Shown here one piece after another: positions 63,860-64,000 of a stretch of 64,000 nt of DNA (positions within the stretch are counted from its first letter, which is position 1; every line of letters starts with the position of its first letter). Location of the stretch: positions 992,001 to 1,056,000 of the forward strand of contig NC_019977.1 of NCBI RefSeq assembly GCF_000328665.1, read 5' to 3'. The notes below the pieces were generated by a model, which saw only the letters and a program-made list of their open reading frames with translations, searched no databases and had not been told where the DNA came from. This DNA is from Methanomethylovorans hollandica DSM 15978 (GTDB taxonomy: Archaea > Halobacteriota > Methanosarcinia > Methanosarcinales > Methanosarcinaceae). Made by a program: the position numbers and the translations under genes.

Positions 63860-64000
63860 CTACGCGGCCATCCTTTTCCTTGCTGACCTCAGGATATATG
63901 CTTCTGCAAGAAGCAACAAAAAGATGCTGACCATCGTTGTGGTGATAACTGCAGGATACTGGCCGGCGAATCCTTCGGATGAAGTGTGTTTAAGTAATAT
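63860..64000 (-). CDS. C-terminus of a membrane protein running in from beyond the window (ends in TAG)
   Basis: Open frame ILLKHTSSEGFAGQYPAVITTTMVSIFLLLLAEAYILRSARKRMAA* with a TM segment and basic tail. Confidence 0.6.
   Translation of the reverse strand: MLLKHTSSEGFAGQYPAVITTTMVSIFLLLLAEAYILRSARKRMAA

Overview
Chromosomal window (no CRISPR array, rRNA or intact transposase seen) from a pyrrolysine-using methylotrophic methanogen of the Methanosarcinaceae; Methanomethylovorans/Methanolobus-like is my guess from gene content only. Housekeeping blocks (aroC, dapL, argH-gatD-aspS-rpiA, gyrBA-pdxST, purSQ, rnhB, pheT) alternate with accessory stretches. (i) An AT-rich island follows tRNA-Val(TAC). 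It has an att-like duplication of the tRNA 3' end, a zeta-like ATPase/antitoxin pair whose natural start looks frameshifted, DUF3795, corA, an orphan cheW, an FKBP and a flavodoxin-fold reductase. (ii) A dimethylamine operon mtbC-mtbB(in-frame UAG = Pyl)-mtbP lies head-to-head with a dCache-HAMP-HisKA_2 kinase, a stand-alone receiver and a wHTH regulator, a candidate amine-sensing circuit. (iii) An HAE3/MMPL exporter, two COG1361 proteins and TrmB form an operon. (iv) pepD is followed by a DUF523/DUF1722 protein and a CCG Fe-S protein, each lacking a canonical Cys ligand. (v) An AT-rich Hna-like SF2 helicase/PD-(D/E)xK nuclease appears to start at ATA. (vi) A type IV pilus/Tad ATPase-platform locus has collapsed. 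(vii) An MNT-HEPN toxin-antitoxin pair sits near the end. Non-coding signals include a dispersed palindromic repeat family built from 8-nt ACGCAAAG-like units (three copies), a GC-rich hairpin between mtbB and mtbP, and several genes that appear to start at ATA/ATT. All family calls come from motif recognition; no database search was run.
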